64,000 nt of DNA from Octopus bimaculoides (GCF_001194135.2 NC_068994.1:56832757-56896756); one strand, 5' to 3'. Positions 23,127 through 37,922 are shown, counted from the stretch's first letter. Numbers and translations: made by a program. Notes: a model not told the origin generated them from the letters alone.

Positions 23127-25503
23127 GATATATATATATATATATACGTATTCATATAAATATAAGTATANNNNNNNNNNNNNNNNNNNNNNNNNNNNNN
23201 NNNNNNNNNNNNNNNNNNNNNNNNNNNNNNNNNNNNNNNNNNNNNNNNNNNNNNNNNNNNNNNNNNNNNNNNNNNNNNNNNNNNNNNNNNNNNNNNNNNN
23301 NNNNNNNNNNNNNNNNNNNNNNNNNNNNNNNNNNNNNNNNNNNNNNNNNNNNNNNNNNNNNNNNNNNNNNNNNNNNNNNNNNNNNNNNNNNNNNNNNNNN
23401 NNNNNNNNNNNNNNNNNNNNNNNNNNNNNNNNNNNNNNNNNNNNNNNNNNNNNNNNNNNNNNNNNNNNNNNNNNNNNNNNNNNNNNNNNNNNNNNNNNNN
23501 NNNNNNNNNNNNNNNNNNNNNNNNNNNNNNNNNNNNNNNNNNNNNNNNNNNNNNNNNNNNNNNNNNNNNNNNNNNNNNNNNNNNNNNNNNNNNNNNNNNN
23601 NNNNNNNNNNNNNNNNNNNNNNNNNNNNNNNNNNNNNNNNNNNNNNNNNNNNNNNNNNNNNNNNNNNNNNNNNNNNNNNNNNNNNNNNNNNNNNNNNNNN
23701 NNNNNNNNNNNNNNNNNNNNNNNNNNNNNNNNNNNNNNNNNNNNNNNNNNNNNNNNNNNNNNNNNNNNNNNNNNNNNNNNNNNNNNNNNNNNNNNNNNNN
23801 NNNNNNNNNNNNNNNNNNNNNNNNNNNNNNNNNNNNNNNNNNNNNNNNNNNNNNNNNNNNNNNNNNNNNNNNNNNNNNNNNNNNNNNNNNNNNNNNNNNN
23901 NNNNNNNNNNNNNNNNNNNNNNNNNNNNNNNNNNNNNNNNNNNNNNNNNNNNNNNNNNNNNNNNNNNNNNNNNNNNNNNNNNNNNNNNNNNNNNNNNNNN
24001 NNNNNNNNNNNNNNNNNNNNNNNNNNNNNNNNNNNNNNNNNNNNNNNNNNNNNNNNNNNNNNNNNNNNNNNNNNNNNNNNNNNNNNNNNNNNNNNNNNNN
24101 NNNNNNNNNNNNNNNNNNNNNNNNNNNNNNNNNNNNNNNNNNNNNNNNNNNNNNNNATATATATATATATATATATATATTCAAAGAGAGTTAGAAGTTG
24201 TGAATCCAACACTGAAGAGATAGAAATACCATGTGCGGTACTGTGACCTCTTGGCAGAAACAGGTGTAAGAAGCTGTTCTTCTTTCTCTGTTCTAGAAGT
24301 CACTAGTCCTTATATATGTAAAACAACAATCTTTACACATGTATATATATATATATTCTCATAATCATTTAAAATATATAAGTAGACATAATATAATGTC
24401 TAGCAGTTGATGCATAATACCTCTGGATCCCCTTCATTTTGTTCTTGACGTATATATATATTATTGCTCAAGTCGATGGAAGTGAGTTGCTTCGGATACC
24501 ACAACTTCAGAAATATATGACTGATGAAATTGGCATGCGTTTATGTGTTCATATGTCTAGATAAGCTCAGGTAATCTTATTGGTTTATGTTTTATAAGAG
24601 TCAGCATGCTGTGGTGAGTTCAGGTGGAGCTCACTATTGAACTGCTCCTATTCAATAATTTCCTTGAATATCAGAGAATGGTGAAATTTATATTTATTAG
24701 TTCTAGGAAATTCTTCCAAAATAAGACCACAGGAAGATAGTTTACACGCTACAAAGCAAGGTGGAGAAAGACTTGGCGTGGTTTCGGTCTACCATGGGTT
24801 ACCCTGAGTTGTAGACAAATTGATAGTAAATTTCTTGAAGTTATCACACTTTCAGGAAATGTTTGAGAAATAGGATACGTTTGGTTTCGCGCAAGGCAGA
24901 CACTGCATTCCGAATGCTACATCACTGCAAAAGGACACAATTACTAATTCATTCATATATGCATATGTCAGTATGAATAAATATATTTAAATATATATAT
25001 ACACGTACAAAAATAGAGAACTGCTGACGTACACTTGTATACATGAATGCACATTAATGCGTGCATATATGCTCATGAAAATATCTATATCAATATGCAT
25101 TAAAAAATATATTATTATATGAATAGAACAAACGCGTATCAGAGACAAGCCTGTAGACAGAGAGTAGCAATAAATAGTGGCAATAAAAATCCGGTATGTG
25201 AAGGAGGAAGCAGCGAATGTGAGAGATAAATGCACATACATGCATACATGCACACACACACGACACACAGACACTCACTCATGTATTTATATATGCTTAT
25301 ATGTACAAACACCTTCTCTACATGCAAAGGCAAATGCATCGAACATGAATCGCGAAAATGCACAAAACCATTACATATATGGGTACGTATTCCTACATAT
25401 GCATGTATATTTTATATAGAAAAACATATATATCCATACACACACACACACACACACACACACGCATATACACACATATACATACACAAACATNNNNNNN
25501 NNN

Positions 25504-25550
<47 letters not shown>

Positions 25551-27865
25551 TACATATATATGTAGACATATATATGTACATGTAAAAGTACGCTCACACA
25601 TGAGCACGCACATACATACACACACACAGATATTCATAAATACATATGTACAGACGGGTGGAGGTGAAGATACGCGTAGACATATATATTTATATTTACA
25701 CATGAGTAGAGACATGTGGAGATAACATGCAAAAATATGTATTATCTTTTAAGAAAATAATACATTCATCCATCCATCACTGTATGTACATATATATATG
25801 GATTTATGCATACACAATAGACGTATATGCATGTATATATTATATATGTACATGCACAATATACATACATTTCAGCATAAAATATACATGTATAGATTAT
25901 ATATATGTACACAAAAGATACAGACATTTCTGTATAAAATATACACGTATATATTATATGTATGCATACACACACAAAAACACGCGCGCGCGCAAATATA
26001 GATAGGTATGTAGATAGATAGATCCTTGTATTGTAATAAATCTACGCATATTTAATATACTTACATTGTCAGATGCTTGTATAGCGTTTAGGAAAATACC
26101 TACATTAAAATTTGTACATATAGTGAGATAAATATATGCATGCATAAATGTATGTATATGCGTTTTCTTAAAAGCTACGAAAGCACGAATAGAAAGCAAT
26201 TACATATAACTATAAGGCGACACATCAGCATAGTTAAATGCAATGAAAAGAAAGGAGAAAAGGGAGAAAAGATGAGTACAGAGACGTAATCATTAGGCAA
26301 TGATAAAAACATACATGTTGAACTTTTAAGTTCCGCTTCAATCACTACACCCATTCATTTCGCATCAGTACTGGAAGTAGATTCACTTTGCTCTACGTCT
26401 TTTGAGGATTTTATACATTCTCACGAACCTGTGCAATTAAAAAAAAATATTCTAGTTATAATTGCATTGTGTCTTGTATTTAGAATGTGGATCTGTTTGT
26501 CGTCATGAATAAACATGTTCTATCTATTTTTCTGTGTTGCTGTGTGTTCCTACATGCGTCTGTTCCTGGCAAACTGATCGTAAATTGAGACTAGTTAACT
26601 AAAGCTTCTTCCTTCCCCAGTCCCCATCGCCAGTGAATTCCATTTTAAAAATTGCAATGCATTTCTACAAACTCCCGAAAGACCAATGGTTTCCAATTCG
26701 AAAGCTTTAATATAATAAAATAGATTACCTGAACAACTTAGACTCCTATAAACATGTTACTATTAGTGAGAGACTTAAAATAATGAACCTGTGGAAAGAA
26801 AAACAATAGCAGAATGAAAGTATAATACTTCGAATTCACACACATATTAACATAAATATTTTGCTCAATAATATTTCTAAAATTAATTATGTAATTTCAC
26901 ATTTACAAATTAAATTACATGGAAACAATTATTATTTGATACTTGCGATAAATTAACTAATTTAATGGAATTTAATGAGCAAATTTCTTGTAGCGACACC
27001 AGACTTTGTTAAAATATATCTGTTGCAAAAATGTTTTACAAGTATCTTCGAAAAGATGATTTTGATGCATTTCAAATTCGTCGTTCCTCCAATAAAATTG
27101 CCATTCGTTAATCGAAACGTTAATGTTTACAAGTGATAATAATAGTCTTACAGATGACATTCATCACCCAAATAATTAAAGTTTCAATTANNNNNNNNNN
27201 NNNNNNNNNNNNNNNNNNNNNNNNNNNNNNNNNNNNNNNNNNNNNNNNNNNNNNNNNNNNNNNNNNNNNNNNNNNNNNNNNNNNNNNNNNNNNNNNNNNN
27301 NNNNNNNNNNNNNNNNNNNNNNNNNNNNNNNNNNNNNNNNNNNNNNNNNNNNNNNNNNNNNNNNNNNNNNNNNNNNNNNNNNNNNNNNNNNNNNNNNNNN
27401 NNNNNNNNNNNNNNNNNNNNNNNNNNNNNNNNNNNNNNNNNNNNNNNNNNNNNNNNNNNNNNNNNNNNNNNNNNNNNNNNNNNNNNNNNNNNNNNNNNNN
27501 NNNNNNNNNNNNNNNNNNNNNNNNNNNNNNNNNNNNNNNNNNNNNNNNNNNNNNNNNNNNNNNNNNNNNNNNNNNNNNNNNNNNNNNNNNNNNNNNNNNN
27601 NNNNNNNNNNNNNNNNNNNNNNNNNNNNNNNNNNNNNNNNNNNNNNNNNNNNNNNNNNNNNNNNNNNNNNNNNNNNNNNNNNNNNNNNNNNNNNNNNNNN
27701 NNNNNNNNNNNNNNNNNNNNNNNNNNNNNNNNNNNNNNNNNNNNNNNNNNNNNNNNNNNNNNNNNNNNNNNNNNNNNNNNNNNNNNNNNNNNNNNNNNNN
27801 NNNNNNNNNNNNNNNNNNNNNNNNNNNNNNNNNNNNNNNNNNNNNNNNNNNNNNNNNNNNNNNNN

Positions 27866-27915
<50 letters not shown>

Positions 27916-28029
27916 GCATACATCCATCCACGCACATACTTGTATGCACATAAATATATGTATGAATATGTATATGCATGTAGATGCGTACTTAGGTGTA
28001 AATTTATGTATCTAAATCTTTCTCTCTCT

Positions 28030-28065
<36 letters not shown>

Positions 28066-28759
28066 TCTCCTTCTCTCTTTGTATGTTTACACACAAACAC
28101 ATATATACACACGCACACATTTATATATCAATTTTCATAAATGCAATGCATTATGTCTGTGTAATATCGATTACATACAAACGTGACGAAAACTCTTTTG
28201 ATAACATGACATGCGCAATAATGTATTCACCGATATGCAAATTTTGATCCATGAATATTTTTATGGCTTGTAACCATTAAAATCTAACGTAACTGTGCCG
28301 TGAAAGAAGGCGGAATGTTAACCGAAATTCTTCGCAGAATTGTTTTGCATGCATTACAGAAGAGATGATATAATGAAGCAGATTATAATAAGCAATCTAA
28401 AGGATGCACCTATTACCAGCTTGATGTTGTTAAAGAAGGAGTGTGACTTCCAGATGTAGGCCAATCGCACAGTTTACACACAGAAATGCTCACGTATACA
28501 TATTTTATTAGGGAGAGAGAGAGAGGGGGAGGTGCAGAAATTGACACACACACACATATACCTATTCATAAATGTACATGCACACACACACACACACATA
28601 TATATCCATCCACCCATCCATACAAACCTGAGAACATACATACGTACATACTACGTACATACATACATGTATACCACATATATGCACACAGACATGCACG
28701 CACATGCACACACACACACACACAAGCACACATAAATGTATGTGTGTGTACATATGTGG

Positions 28760-28880
28760 AGGACGGGGTAAGAAGCTGATTTCGCTACCAGGAAATTCGA
28801 TGTTCAATCCCACAGCTCGGATTCTTGGGATAGTGTCTTTTAGTATAACACCAGATGAAGCCAGATTCTAAGCGTGAATT
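28760..28880 (+). mobile_element. SINE family 1 head, degenerate
   Basis: ggtaagaagctg..gttcaatcccac..ttgggatagtgtctt is colinear with the 13158 copy. Confidence 0.55.
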
Positions 28881-29149
28881 TTGTGTACATGCGATTTGCA
28901 AAAAGAAAAGAAAAAGAAAAAGAAAAAAGAAACAAAAGAAAAAAGGAAGGAAGAACAAATGTAAAAAAAAAAGAATGAAATAAAAACATCAACCATTTAA
29001 CAGGAATGTGGTTGCTATTGATAGGAGGGTGCCCGAAAAACTTTTAAGGCCAGGCCTTTTCCGATATATGAAACCAATACATGTAACATATGCCTGGTTT
29101 GAGAACGCTTTGGCTACACGGTTACAAAAAAATCTTTTATCTTAAATTA

Positions 29150-29405
29150 GATCAAAAATGATTTGGGGTTAAACGAGAGCAATGAATTAATAGGCGGATG
29201 TTTACTTGCTTACTCGACCTAGTAGAAACAGTAGCGAGAAATCTTTAAACTCACACACTGTTATATCGAAGAAACGAAAGAAAAAATAAAGACAGGTAAC
29301 ATTGGATAACTTAGTCTCTGATACACGCAAAGAAAGTATTATACGGTTGGATTATATATCTTTGATTACAGGTGCGCTCGTCTAAGGCTGACCTGATAGA
29401 TTAAT
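29150..29405 (+). mobile_element. Unclassified interspersed repeat (related copy at 17160-17280, minus strand)
   Basis: acattgga.aa..tagt.ct.gata.ac and tctttgat are shared with the reverse complement of 17160-17280. Confidence 0.4.
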
Positions 29406-30997
29406 AACGACAGGGATGAGATATATAGCAGTGATCAGCACTATCGAGTTTCCAAATGTCTACCTTCTATTCATGTTATGTGGATAGCTGTGAACTTAAT
29501 GAAACACCTGTAATCTATTCGAACACGGATTTTTGTGAGATGGTGTTCTAATGTAATTCAATGATTTTCTTTTATTTCGTAAACAAGGAGACTTTCTAAA
29601 CTAACTTGAATGTTTCAATGTCGTAAATAATCTTATTTCATTGTTGTTTTCTGTTTCTATATCACTATCGGTTTCCATGCGTTTAAGAAAAAAAATATGG
29701 TTAAAAATTTCCTCGCTGATAAGACCGTTATAAGACAGAAATATGTCCAGAATTTTTCTTGTATTTATCTAGAACACAATAGTCGTTTAACCTCGCTTAT
29801 TTTCCATATTTAATTCTAGTTCAACGGCTTTTTTATGCATAGATCACTAAATACGTTGTTATTAACTTAATAATTCTAATCGCTGAAAATCTAAAAGTCG
29901 ACCTTCACCAGTATACATTTAAATGAAAATTAAAATTAATGAGATCAGATCATATATTTAAAAAATAGTGAAAATTATTTCCTGGGTTTAAATTAGCGAT
30001 TGCAGAGAAGGAAAGAAAGGAAAAAAAATATTAATTATTATTTTGCTAAATATCAACTACGAAAATGACTTTGTAAATATAAATATCATTTAGATGACGA
30101 CTCATTATAAATCAAATAGAATTTGAAACGCTGCTTCTAGATTGAAAACAATTCTCATTCACGCAGGCCAGTGATAAACGTGGGGAAAAGCATAAACATC
30201 CCACATTTTTAGCGAAATCAATGCTATCTTCAGCAAACTAATTGTTTTGTGTCTATATTAGAAATCATTATTATATAATGATCGTAGTGTTACGTATCAG
30301 AAGCTGTAGAAAAATATGACAGCCACTTAAATAATATATTCTTGGAATCAATTTTCTTTATTGTTATAGAGTTTCGACATTTTCCTGGGAATTTGAACTG
30401 TGTAAAGAAATCTGCGTTTTCACATCACCACACTATGTTGCCTCTTTCAGTATATATATATATATATATATNNNNNNNNNNNNNNNNNNNNNNNNNNNNN
30501 NNNNNNNNNNNNNNNNNNNNNNNNNNNNNNNNNNNNNNNNNNNNNNNNNNNNNNNNNNNNNNNNNNNNNNNNNNNNNNNNNNNNNNNNNNNNNNNNNNNN
30601 NNNNNNNNNNNNNNNNNNNNNNNNNNNNNNNNNNNNNNNNNNNNNNNNNNNNNNNNNNNNNNNNNNNNNNNNNNNNNNNNNNNNNNNNNNNNNNNNNNNN
30701 NNNNNNNNNNNNNNNNNNNNNNNNNNNNNNNNNNNNNNNNNNNNNNNNNNNNNNNNNNNNNNNNNNNNNNNNNNNNNNNNNNNNNNNNNNNNNNNNNNNN
30801 NNNNNNNNNNNNNNNNNNNNNNNNNNNNNNNNNNNNNNNNNNNNNNNNNNNNNNNNNNNNNNNNNNNNNNNNNNNNNNNNNNNNNNNNNNNNNNNNNNNN
30901 NNNNNNNNNNNNNNNNNNNNNNNNNNNNNNNNNNNNNNNNNNNNNNNNNNNNNNNNNNNNNNNNNNNNNNNNNNNNNNNNNNNNNNNNNNNNNNNNN

Positions 30998-31064
<67 letters not shown>

Positions 31065-31239
31065 ATATTTTATTGGTTTCAAAGCACCGATTCTAGTAAC
31101 TTTCGCCATTGCCATTCATATACACATGCACCCTGTATGCAAGTATGTATATATGCACGCGTACTCACACAAATTCACACTTGCAAACACACACACAAAT
31201 GCATGCATACACACACACAAATGCATTCCTACATACTTA

Positions 31240-31400
31240 TCCAACGGGCTTTGGCATAATTTCTATTTATCAATTTTTATTCACAAGGCCATGGCATGAA
31301 TGACCATAGTCTATACTTGCATAGGAAAAGATGCATTTCGTGGAATCGAACCGGGAATCATGTGAATCCAGGATAAATTACTTAAACCTACAACCATACA
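31240..31400 (-). mobile_element. SINE family 1 5' half, degenerate
   Basis: attcacaaggc..atagt..gaaccgggaatcatgtg..acaaccatac is the reverse complement of the head. Confidence 0.55.
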
Positions 31401-31590
31401 TTGTTGCACAATGATAATTTTACTTTTATTTCAATTATATTTCTGAACTATCTTCGATTCATTGCTAAAATGATCAGTGACAATGTCTGTTCTTTAATTT
31501 TAACTCGAGTACAATTTATAAACGTTTCGATACTATATCTTCCTCTACCGTAATTTTTCTGTGCTTGAGAAAATATTATATTTCCTGTGT

Positions 31591-31630
<40 letters not shown>

Positions 31631-31631
31631 C

Positions 31632-31667
<36 letters not shown>

Positions 31668-32000
31668 AAATAAACGAAAATATCTTGTTATACTTCAACT
31701 ACATAGCAGCTGCAAATGTGTAGAGAAAGTAAAAATTTTGCTTACAAATATTTATATATGATCACTTAAAATTGTGATTATATTACGAAAATTTCGTTGT
31801 TTTTCATTCTCTGTTCTTCTTTTCTTTCTCTTTCTTCTCTTTTCCCCAAATTAACTTCGAAAAACAAATTACTAGAATCTCTCTAAAGGTCAGAGTACAT
31901 TTAAACGCAACAAATTGCAAAGGTCACTTTCGATTAATCGATTTGTTTTAATGTACTTTTTTATTTGTTTGTTTTCGTTTTAGTTTTATTATTATTGTTG

Positions 32001-32074
<74 letters not shown>

Positions 32075-32644
32075 NNNNNNNNNNNNNNNNNNNNNNNNNN
32101 NNNNNNNNNNNNNNNNNNNNNNNNNNNNNNNNNNNNNNNNNNNNNNNNNNNNNNNNNNNNNNNNNNNNNNNNNNNNNNNNNNNNNNNNNNNNNNNNNNNN
32201 NNNNNNNNNNNNNNNNNNNNNNNNNNNNNNNNNNNNNNNNNNNNNNNNNNNNNNNNNNNNNNNNNNNNNNNNNNNNNNNNNNNNNNNNNNNNNNNNNNNN
32301 NNNNNNNNNNNNNNNNNNNNNNNNNNNNNNNNNNNNNNNNNNNNNNNNNNNNNNNNNNNNNNNNNNNNNNNNNNNNNNNNNNNNNNNNNNNNNNNNNNNN
32401 NNNNNNNNNNNNNNNNNNNNNNNNNNNNNNNNNNNNNNNNNNNNNNNNNNNNNNNNNNNNNNNNNNNNNNNNNNNNNNNNNNNNNNNNNNNNNNNNNNNN
32501 NNNNNNNNNNNNNNNNNNNNNNNNNNNNNNNNNNNNNNNNNNNNNNNNNNNNNNNNNNNNNNNNNNNNNNNNNNNNNNNNNNNNNNNNNNNNNNNNNNNN
32601 NNNNNNTATATATATATATATATATTGCACATTATTTACAATGG

Positions 32645-32745
32645 ACAGATAGGTATCCCCATCTTGTTTGTTGTTATCACAACGTTTCGGCTGATGTACT
32701 CTCCAGCCTTAATCAGGTGTTCTGGTGGAATCTCGAATCCAACCG
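32645..32745 (-). mobile_element. Penelope-like repeat remnant with partial hammerhead core
   Basis: Minus strand reads CTGATTA-A-GGCTG-gagagtacat-CAGCC-GAAAC-gttgtg. Stem II is a perfect 5 bp, but G8 is U and no closing NUH or stem I is found. Confidence 0.5.
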
Positions 32746-33888
32746 TTATTTGACGAATGGGGTACACTGTACACTGTATACTGTACACTGTACCACATTA
32801 TTTCACGAATGGGGCACACTATGGTATGTTGCTGATGTTATTTTTCAAGTCTTTGCCTGGGATTGAACTTACAGTCTGAGGGTTAGTAGCTCGCGCTCTA
32901 ATCCTTTCTTACCACACATACACACCTGTCTCATCGTCATATATATTATTGTGTTCGAATATATTTTCTTCGTAAGCTGAAACATGGGAGATTATACATT
33001 AGCGTTAAATCCGTTATATGTACCATACTCATTTCAATTCATTAATTCTTCTTTCATATAAATCTGTAGACAGTCAGGCATTAGAAGAATTGTCTCATTC
33101 CAATTTATCAAAGAGTTACTTCTCTAAACTTTAATGCTACATACCGACAGCTGACTAACAGGTATATTATTTCACAATGCACAGACATACATATAAAGAT
33201 ACATACATACAAACATATATATATATGTGTGTGTGTCTATAAATACATATATATATATATGTGTGTATATATGTATATATAGATATATGTATGTATATAC
33301 ACATACATACATAATACACGCACATATACATGTGTATGTACATCTATATGTATATGTATATATATAAATATATGTATACATACATATGTATGTATATATA
33401 TATACATATATACATACATATGTACATATATAGCTGTGTGTGTTGTGTGTGTGTTGTGTGTGCGTCCATACATAGATACAAGCCAACTTAAAAGTCTGGA
33501 AGCAACGAACTTCACGCGCATCGTCCAAAACAATTAAATAATCCCGCTTCGGTTTTCACATTCGCTTTTAACATTTATTGCAAGTAAGTTGTTGCTATGA
33601 ATATTCAAATTGAATTATTTACAATTTGGGCCAATCAAGTTTTGCAAGAAGCTAATATGTTCATTCGGTGGATTACTTGACATGAAAATAAATCTTCAAT
33701 TTTAGATGTAACATAATAATAAGAAATTTACAGTTTTAGATATTACTCCATGATTGATAATCAAATGTCTAATTATTATGTATATTATTGAGTTCCAATA
33801 AATTTTCTTCATTAGAGGAAACATGGGAGACTACACATGATCGTTAGATCCGCTAGAAAGTGCCGAGAAATCTATTTGAAATAAGATA

Positions 33889-34090
33889 GTATTGGTTTCA
33901 ATTTTTGGCACGAGATAAGCAATTTCGGGGGAGGGGTTAAGTTGATTACATCGACCACAGTGATAAAGTGGAACTTATTTTATCGACCCCGAAAGAATGA
34001 AATGTAAAGTCGACTTCGGCGGAATTTGAACTGAAAATCTAAAGACGGACGAAATGCCGCTAATCACTTTACCCGGCGTGTTAACCATTC
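33889..34090 (-). mobile_element. SINE family 2
   Basis: ttggtttcaaatttttggcac..tttatcgaccccgaaagaatgaaa..gtcgacttcggcggaatttgaact. Confidence 0.85.
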
Positions 34091-35679
34091 CCTGACGCAT
34101 AAATCAATCAGTTCCGTAGAGAAAGTCATGGTCTTCATCGATCACTAATTAATGAAGAGTCACGTGAATGAAGTCGAAGCTGTGATGCATGTAGGAAAAT
34201 ACTATCATGAATGACATGTCTCATTGAATCTAGGCACTTACCTAATTCCAATTCCAGCGGTTTTAGAATTTGGCAAGTACTATCGCAATATTAGTTGGTA
34301 AGATAACCTACTGACGGAGTCACCTGATTGAATTGATTGGAAAAGAAACTATCAAACGATTGTCTTTACATTTCATACCGCTAAATAAATCCTTTTACAC
34401 GCTGCTTAGCGAATTTATTTCTATCAGCCCGCTTCTAACCCACCACCACCGACTAGTTGCATTCACCATAATATTCTTTCTAATGGAGAGAAACGAACCA
34501 CATCAATGAATTTTCTATTTCAAGTTCTCACCGTACCATTATTTTTACAGTATCCTACATCCAATCGGTAGAAATCTATGTTGAGATGCCCAAACCGAAG
34601 CAGCTGTTCTACCTAACATTACGTGATAATATCTTCGGCATCACGTTTTTACACGACTTATTAGCTTCGTTGAACGTTCAGTTCTTTGAAAAGAAGCTAA
34701 TCTCATCTCAAACTGTCACACACCTCATTTGATACATTATATAAAGATGGAATATTCATCTTCGATTAGATACTTCCATCTTGATTATATTTTCGGCCGT
34801 TATTGATTAGTTTCTTTAAACAGCACTCACTGGCCTGAAGATTACTACAAGAAATTATCGACTTTATCACGTTGATTTCATTTGATTTTTCCCCCTTCTT
34901 TTTATTACTGCAAGCAACTTATTTATCTTCGAATCGGTTGACATAATGTTTTTTTAACCAGCATTAATGGGGTTTTCTAACCTGTCATGACTTCAAATAA
35001 GATTTGTTTTGTGATTTCTTAAGCATCTTATTTCACTTACATCATTTTCTTTCTACCAGAGGACTAACACACGTTTTGTTTTGATAATTTTATTTTAGTA
35101 TTTTATTAGTAACAATAGAATTAAATAGCTCTTTCAATGTTTGTATGTTCCTATGTGTATGCAGCAACGTATGAACATATGTACATGTGTGTATGTATAG
35201 TGTGTATATATGTATGTATTCATGTACGTGTATGTGCGTTAGTGAGTTTATATGTCTTTTTTATTGCTACTTTAAAGACCATTTAAAACATGTCATTTTA
35301 TATTTTGTTCATATATGGAGAAGAAACAATAATTGTGTTCATAACTTTTTGAAGTTCTAGAAATACAAGAGAGGAAATAATACCTAACATCTTAGAGAAC
35401 CATAATCTGTCTGAGTGAGCACGAATGAGTTTGGCTGTACTAAATCTGAATATGGCCTATCTATAGGAAAACAATACCTCATCTTCACGGAGAAGATTTT
35501 TTGAACTCTTACCTGTAAGAAAGAGTAATGGATGATATGATTGTATAAAGAATCACGTGACCACTCGAATTTTGATCCATAGTTTTAATAGATCATCAGT
35601 CGCGTCCTTATTTTATTTGTGATTAATGAATAATGTCTCTGTAATTTGTTGCTTCAACCATTGTCTTTTATCTTCTTTT

Positions 35680-35828
35680 CTCTTAACTTTTTACTTCAGT
35701 CATTAGACTACAGCCATACTGGGGCAACGTCTTGAAGAAATTTTAATCGAATGAATCGATCCTGGTACTTATCTTTTTTGTAAGCCAAGTACTTATTCTA
35801 TCTGCTTCGTTTGCTGAATCGCTAAATT
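35680..35828 (-). mobile_element. SINE family 1 3' half
   Basis: ttcagtcattagactacagccatactggggca..aagccaagtacttattctatc..gctgaatcgctaaattac. Confidence 0.7.
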
Positions 35829-35829
35829 A

Positions 35830-36111
35830 CTTCTCAAGCCATGCCTGGCTCATAAGAGCCGGTTTCCCGGTTTCATTGGCGTATAGCTTCCCCACCTGGA
35901 TGGGACGCAGGTCCATCGCAGGTGAGCTGCTAGATGCAGGAAGAAAGAATGAGGGAAAGTTGTGGTGAAAGAGTCAGCAGAAGTTCGTCACTACCTTCTG
36001 CCGTAGCCGCGTGGAGCTTCGGTGTTTCGCTCATAAACACACACATCGCCCGGTCTGAGATACGAACCCGCGATTCCTCGACCGCGAGTCCGCTTCTCTA
36101 ATCACTAGGCC
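35830..36111 (-). mobile_element. tRNA-derived SINE family 4 with Meta/V-like central domain
   Basis: Head ggcctagtgattagagaagcggactc..gggttcgtatctc; body gcgatggacctgcgtcccatccaggtgggga..gaaaccgggaaaccggc resembles, from memory, the MetaSINE domain. Confidence 0.65.
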
Positions 36112-36834
36112 TCCACATATATATGTACTTCCACATTTATATATATATATGTGTGTGAGTGTATGTGTGTGTGTGTACATACAAACATAAATGTGTGTAC
36201 ACATACCAGGCACACACATATGTATATACATATATACATAAATACATTCATCCATCCATCCAGCTATAAATACATACGTACGTACATACATATATACATT
36301 CATACATACATGCGTAGATAGGTACACGCATACATACATACACACTTATACACTTGCGTACATACATACACGCACACATATATGCATATATACATATACG
36401 AATTTTACTATTATGTAAACCTTATTACCATAGCTGGATTATTAACCCGCTCTCTATCATTCTGATTCCCCTCCTTCTTCCCTCCTTCGCTTCGTCCTCC
36501 TCCATCTCCTCCTCTCCATGATGATGTTCTGACATGTTGGTTCTGTTCCAATTTGGCGATAATTCAATAAACATACATCACGTCAAACGTGAGTCACGTC
36601 GTTATAGAACGTGGTTGATTGTCTCTGTAGACACTCGCACACTGGCTGTTACACTGTAGAGTTGCTACGATGACGACGAATAACAAAGAAAGAAACAAAC
36701 AGACGATGTAAACAAGCAAGAAATATCAACAACTATGACAACTGTTACAACAACAACATCATCGACAACAGTAACAGAAGCAATGACATCAACAAACGTA
36801 TCTGGAACGTTAGTACCAAAAACAGCACTAAATA

Positions 36835-37020
36835 TAATCTTTTCTGAAATTTGGGGGCAGAGGTAAGTCGATCACAGTGGTTCACTGGTATTTAATGTAT
36901 CGACTCCGAAAGGATGAAATGCAGAGTCGACCTCAGCGGTATTTGAACTCAAAGCATATAGACGGACGAAATACCGTTAAGCATTTAGTCCAGTGCGCTG
37001 ACGGTTCAGCAAGCTCGCCA
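36835..37020 (-). mobile_element. SINE family 2
   Basis: cgactccgaaaggatgaaatgcagagtcgacctcagcggtatttgaactc..gcaagctcgcc. Confidence 0.85.
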
Positions 37021-37030
37021 GCAGTAATAA

Positions 37031-37260
37031 TTATTTCTTTATTGCCCACAAGGGGCTAAACATAGAGGGCACAAACAAGGACAGACAAAGGGATTAAGTC
37101 GATTACATCGACCCCAGTGCGTAACTGGTACTTATTTAATCGACCCCGAAAGGATGAAAGGCAAAGTCGACCTCGGCGGAATTTGAACTCAGAACGTAAC
37201 GACAGACGAAATACTGCGAAGCACTTCGCCCGGCGTCCTAACGTTTCTGCCAGCTCACCA
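37031..37260 (-). mobile_element. SINE family 2, young copy with alternative 3' tail
   Basis: Body nearly identical to the reverse complement of 38012-38165; distinct tail tttattgcccacaaggggctaaacatagagg. Confidence 0.9.
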
Positions 37261-37261
37261 G

Positions 37262-37786
37262 CAGTAATAATGAGAGCAGTAATAATGGAGCAACAGAAAT
37301 CGGCAGCAGTAACGGTAATAACAGCCATAAGAGAAATAACAGCAGCAACAACATGAATAGGAATGATCTAAATAACAACAATTGCAGAAATAACAGAATT
37401 GACAGCAATATGAGTAATAACAGCAGTCAAAGCAATAACAGGAATAACACTAACAACGGTAATAACAGCAATAATAGAAATGACAGGAATAACAGTAACA
37501 ACAGAAACTGTAATAATAACAGCCATAACGGTAATAACAGAAGTGGCAGAATAAGAGCAAGAACGGTAATAGCGGCAATAAGATCACCAGCAGTTTTTAC
37601 AGTAGAAACATCTATAGCAGCAACAACAGTAATAACAGCAAGAACAGTAATAACAGTAATAATCGTAATTACAATGATAATCGTAATAACAGCGAGTACA
37701 ACAAATTTGAAGAGACTCACTATCAAGTATAGGAGTTCACAAAAAGTAATTGTTATTATTATCATTATTATTATTATTATTATTAA

Positions 37787-37823
<37 letters not shown>

Positions 37824-37838
37824 ATTGTTATTATTATC

Positions 37839-37922
<84 letters not shown>

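Noticed and set aside
26315-26428. Minus-strand exon-like segment with good splice sites
   Set aside because: All three frames contain stops; treated as a pseudo-exon.
34242-34323. Minus-strand 82-nt exon-like segment (acceptor plus TAG|gtaagt)
   Set aside because: All frames are closed. It shows that strong-looking splice pairs arise by chance here, which is why the plus-strand candidates carry low confidence.
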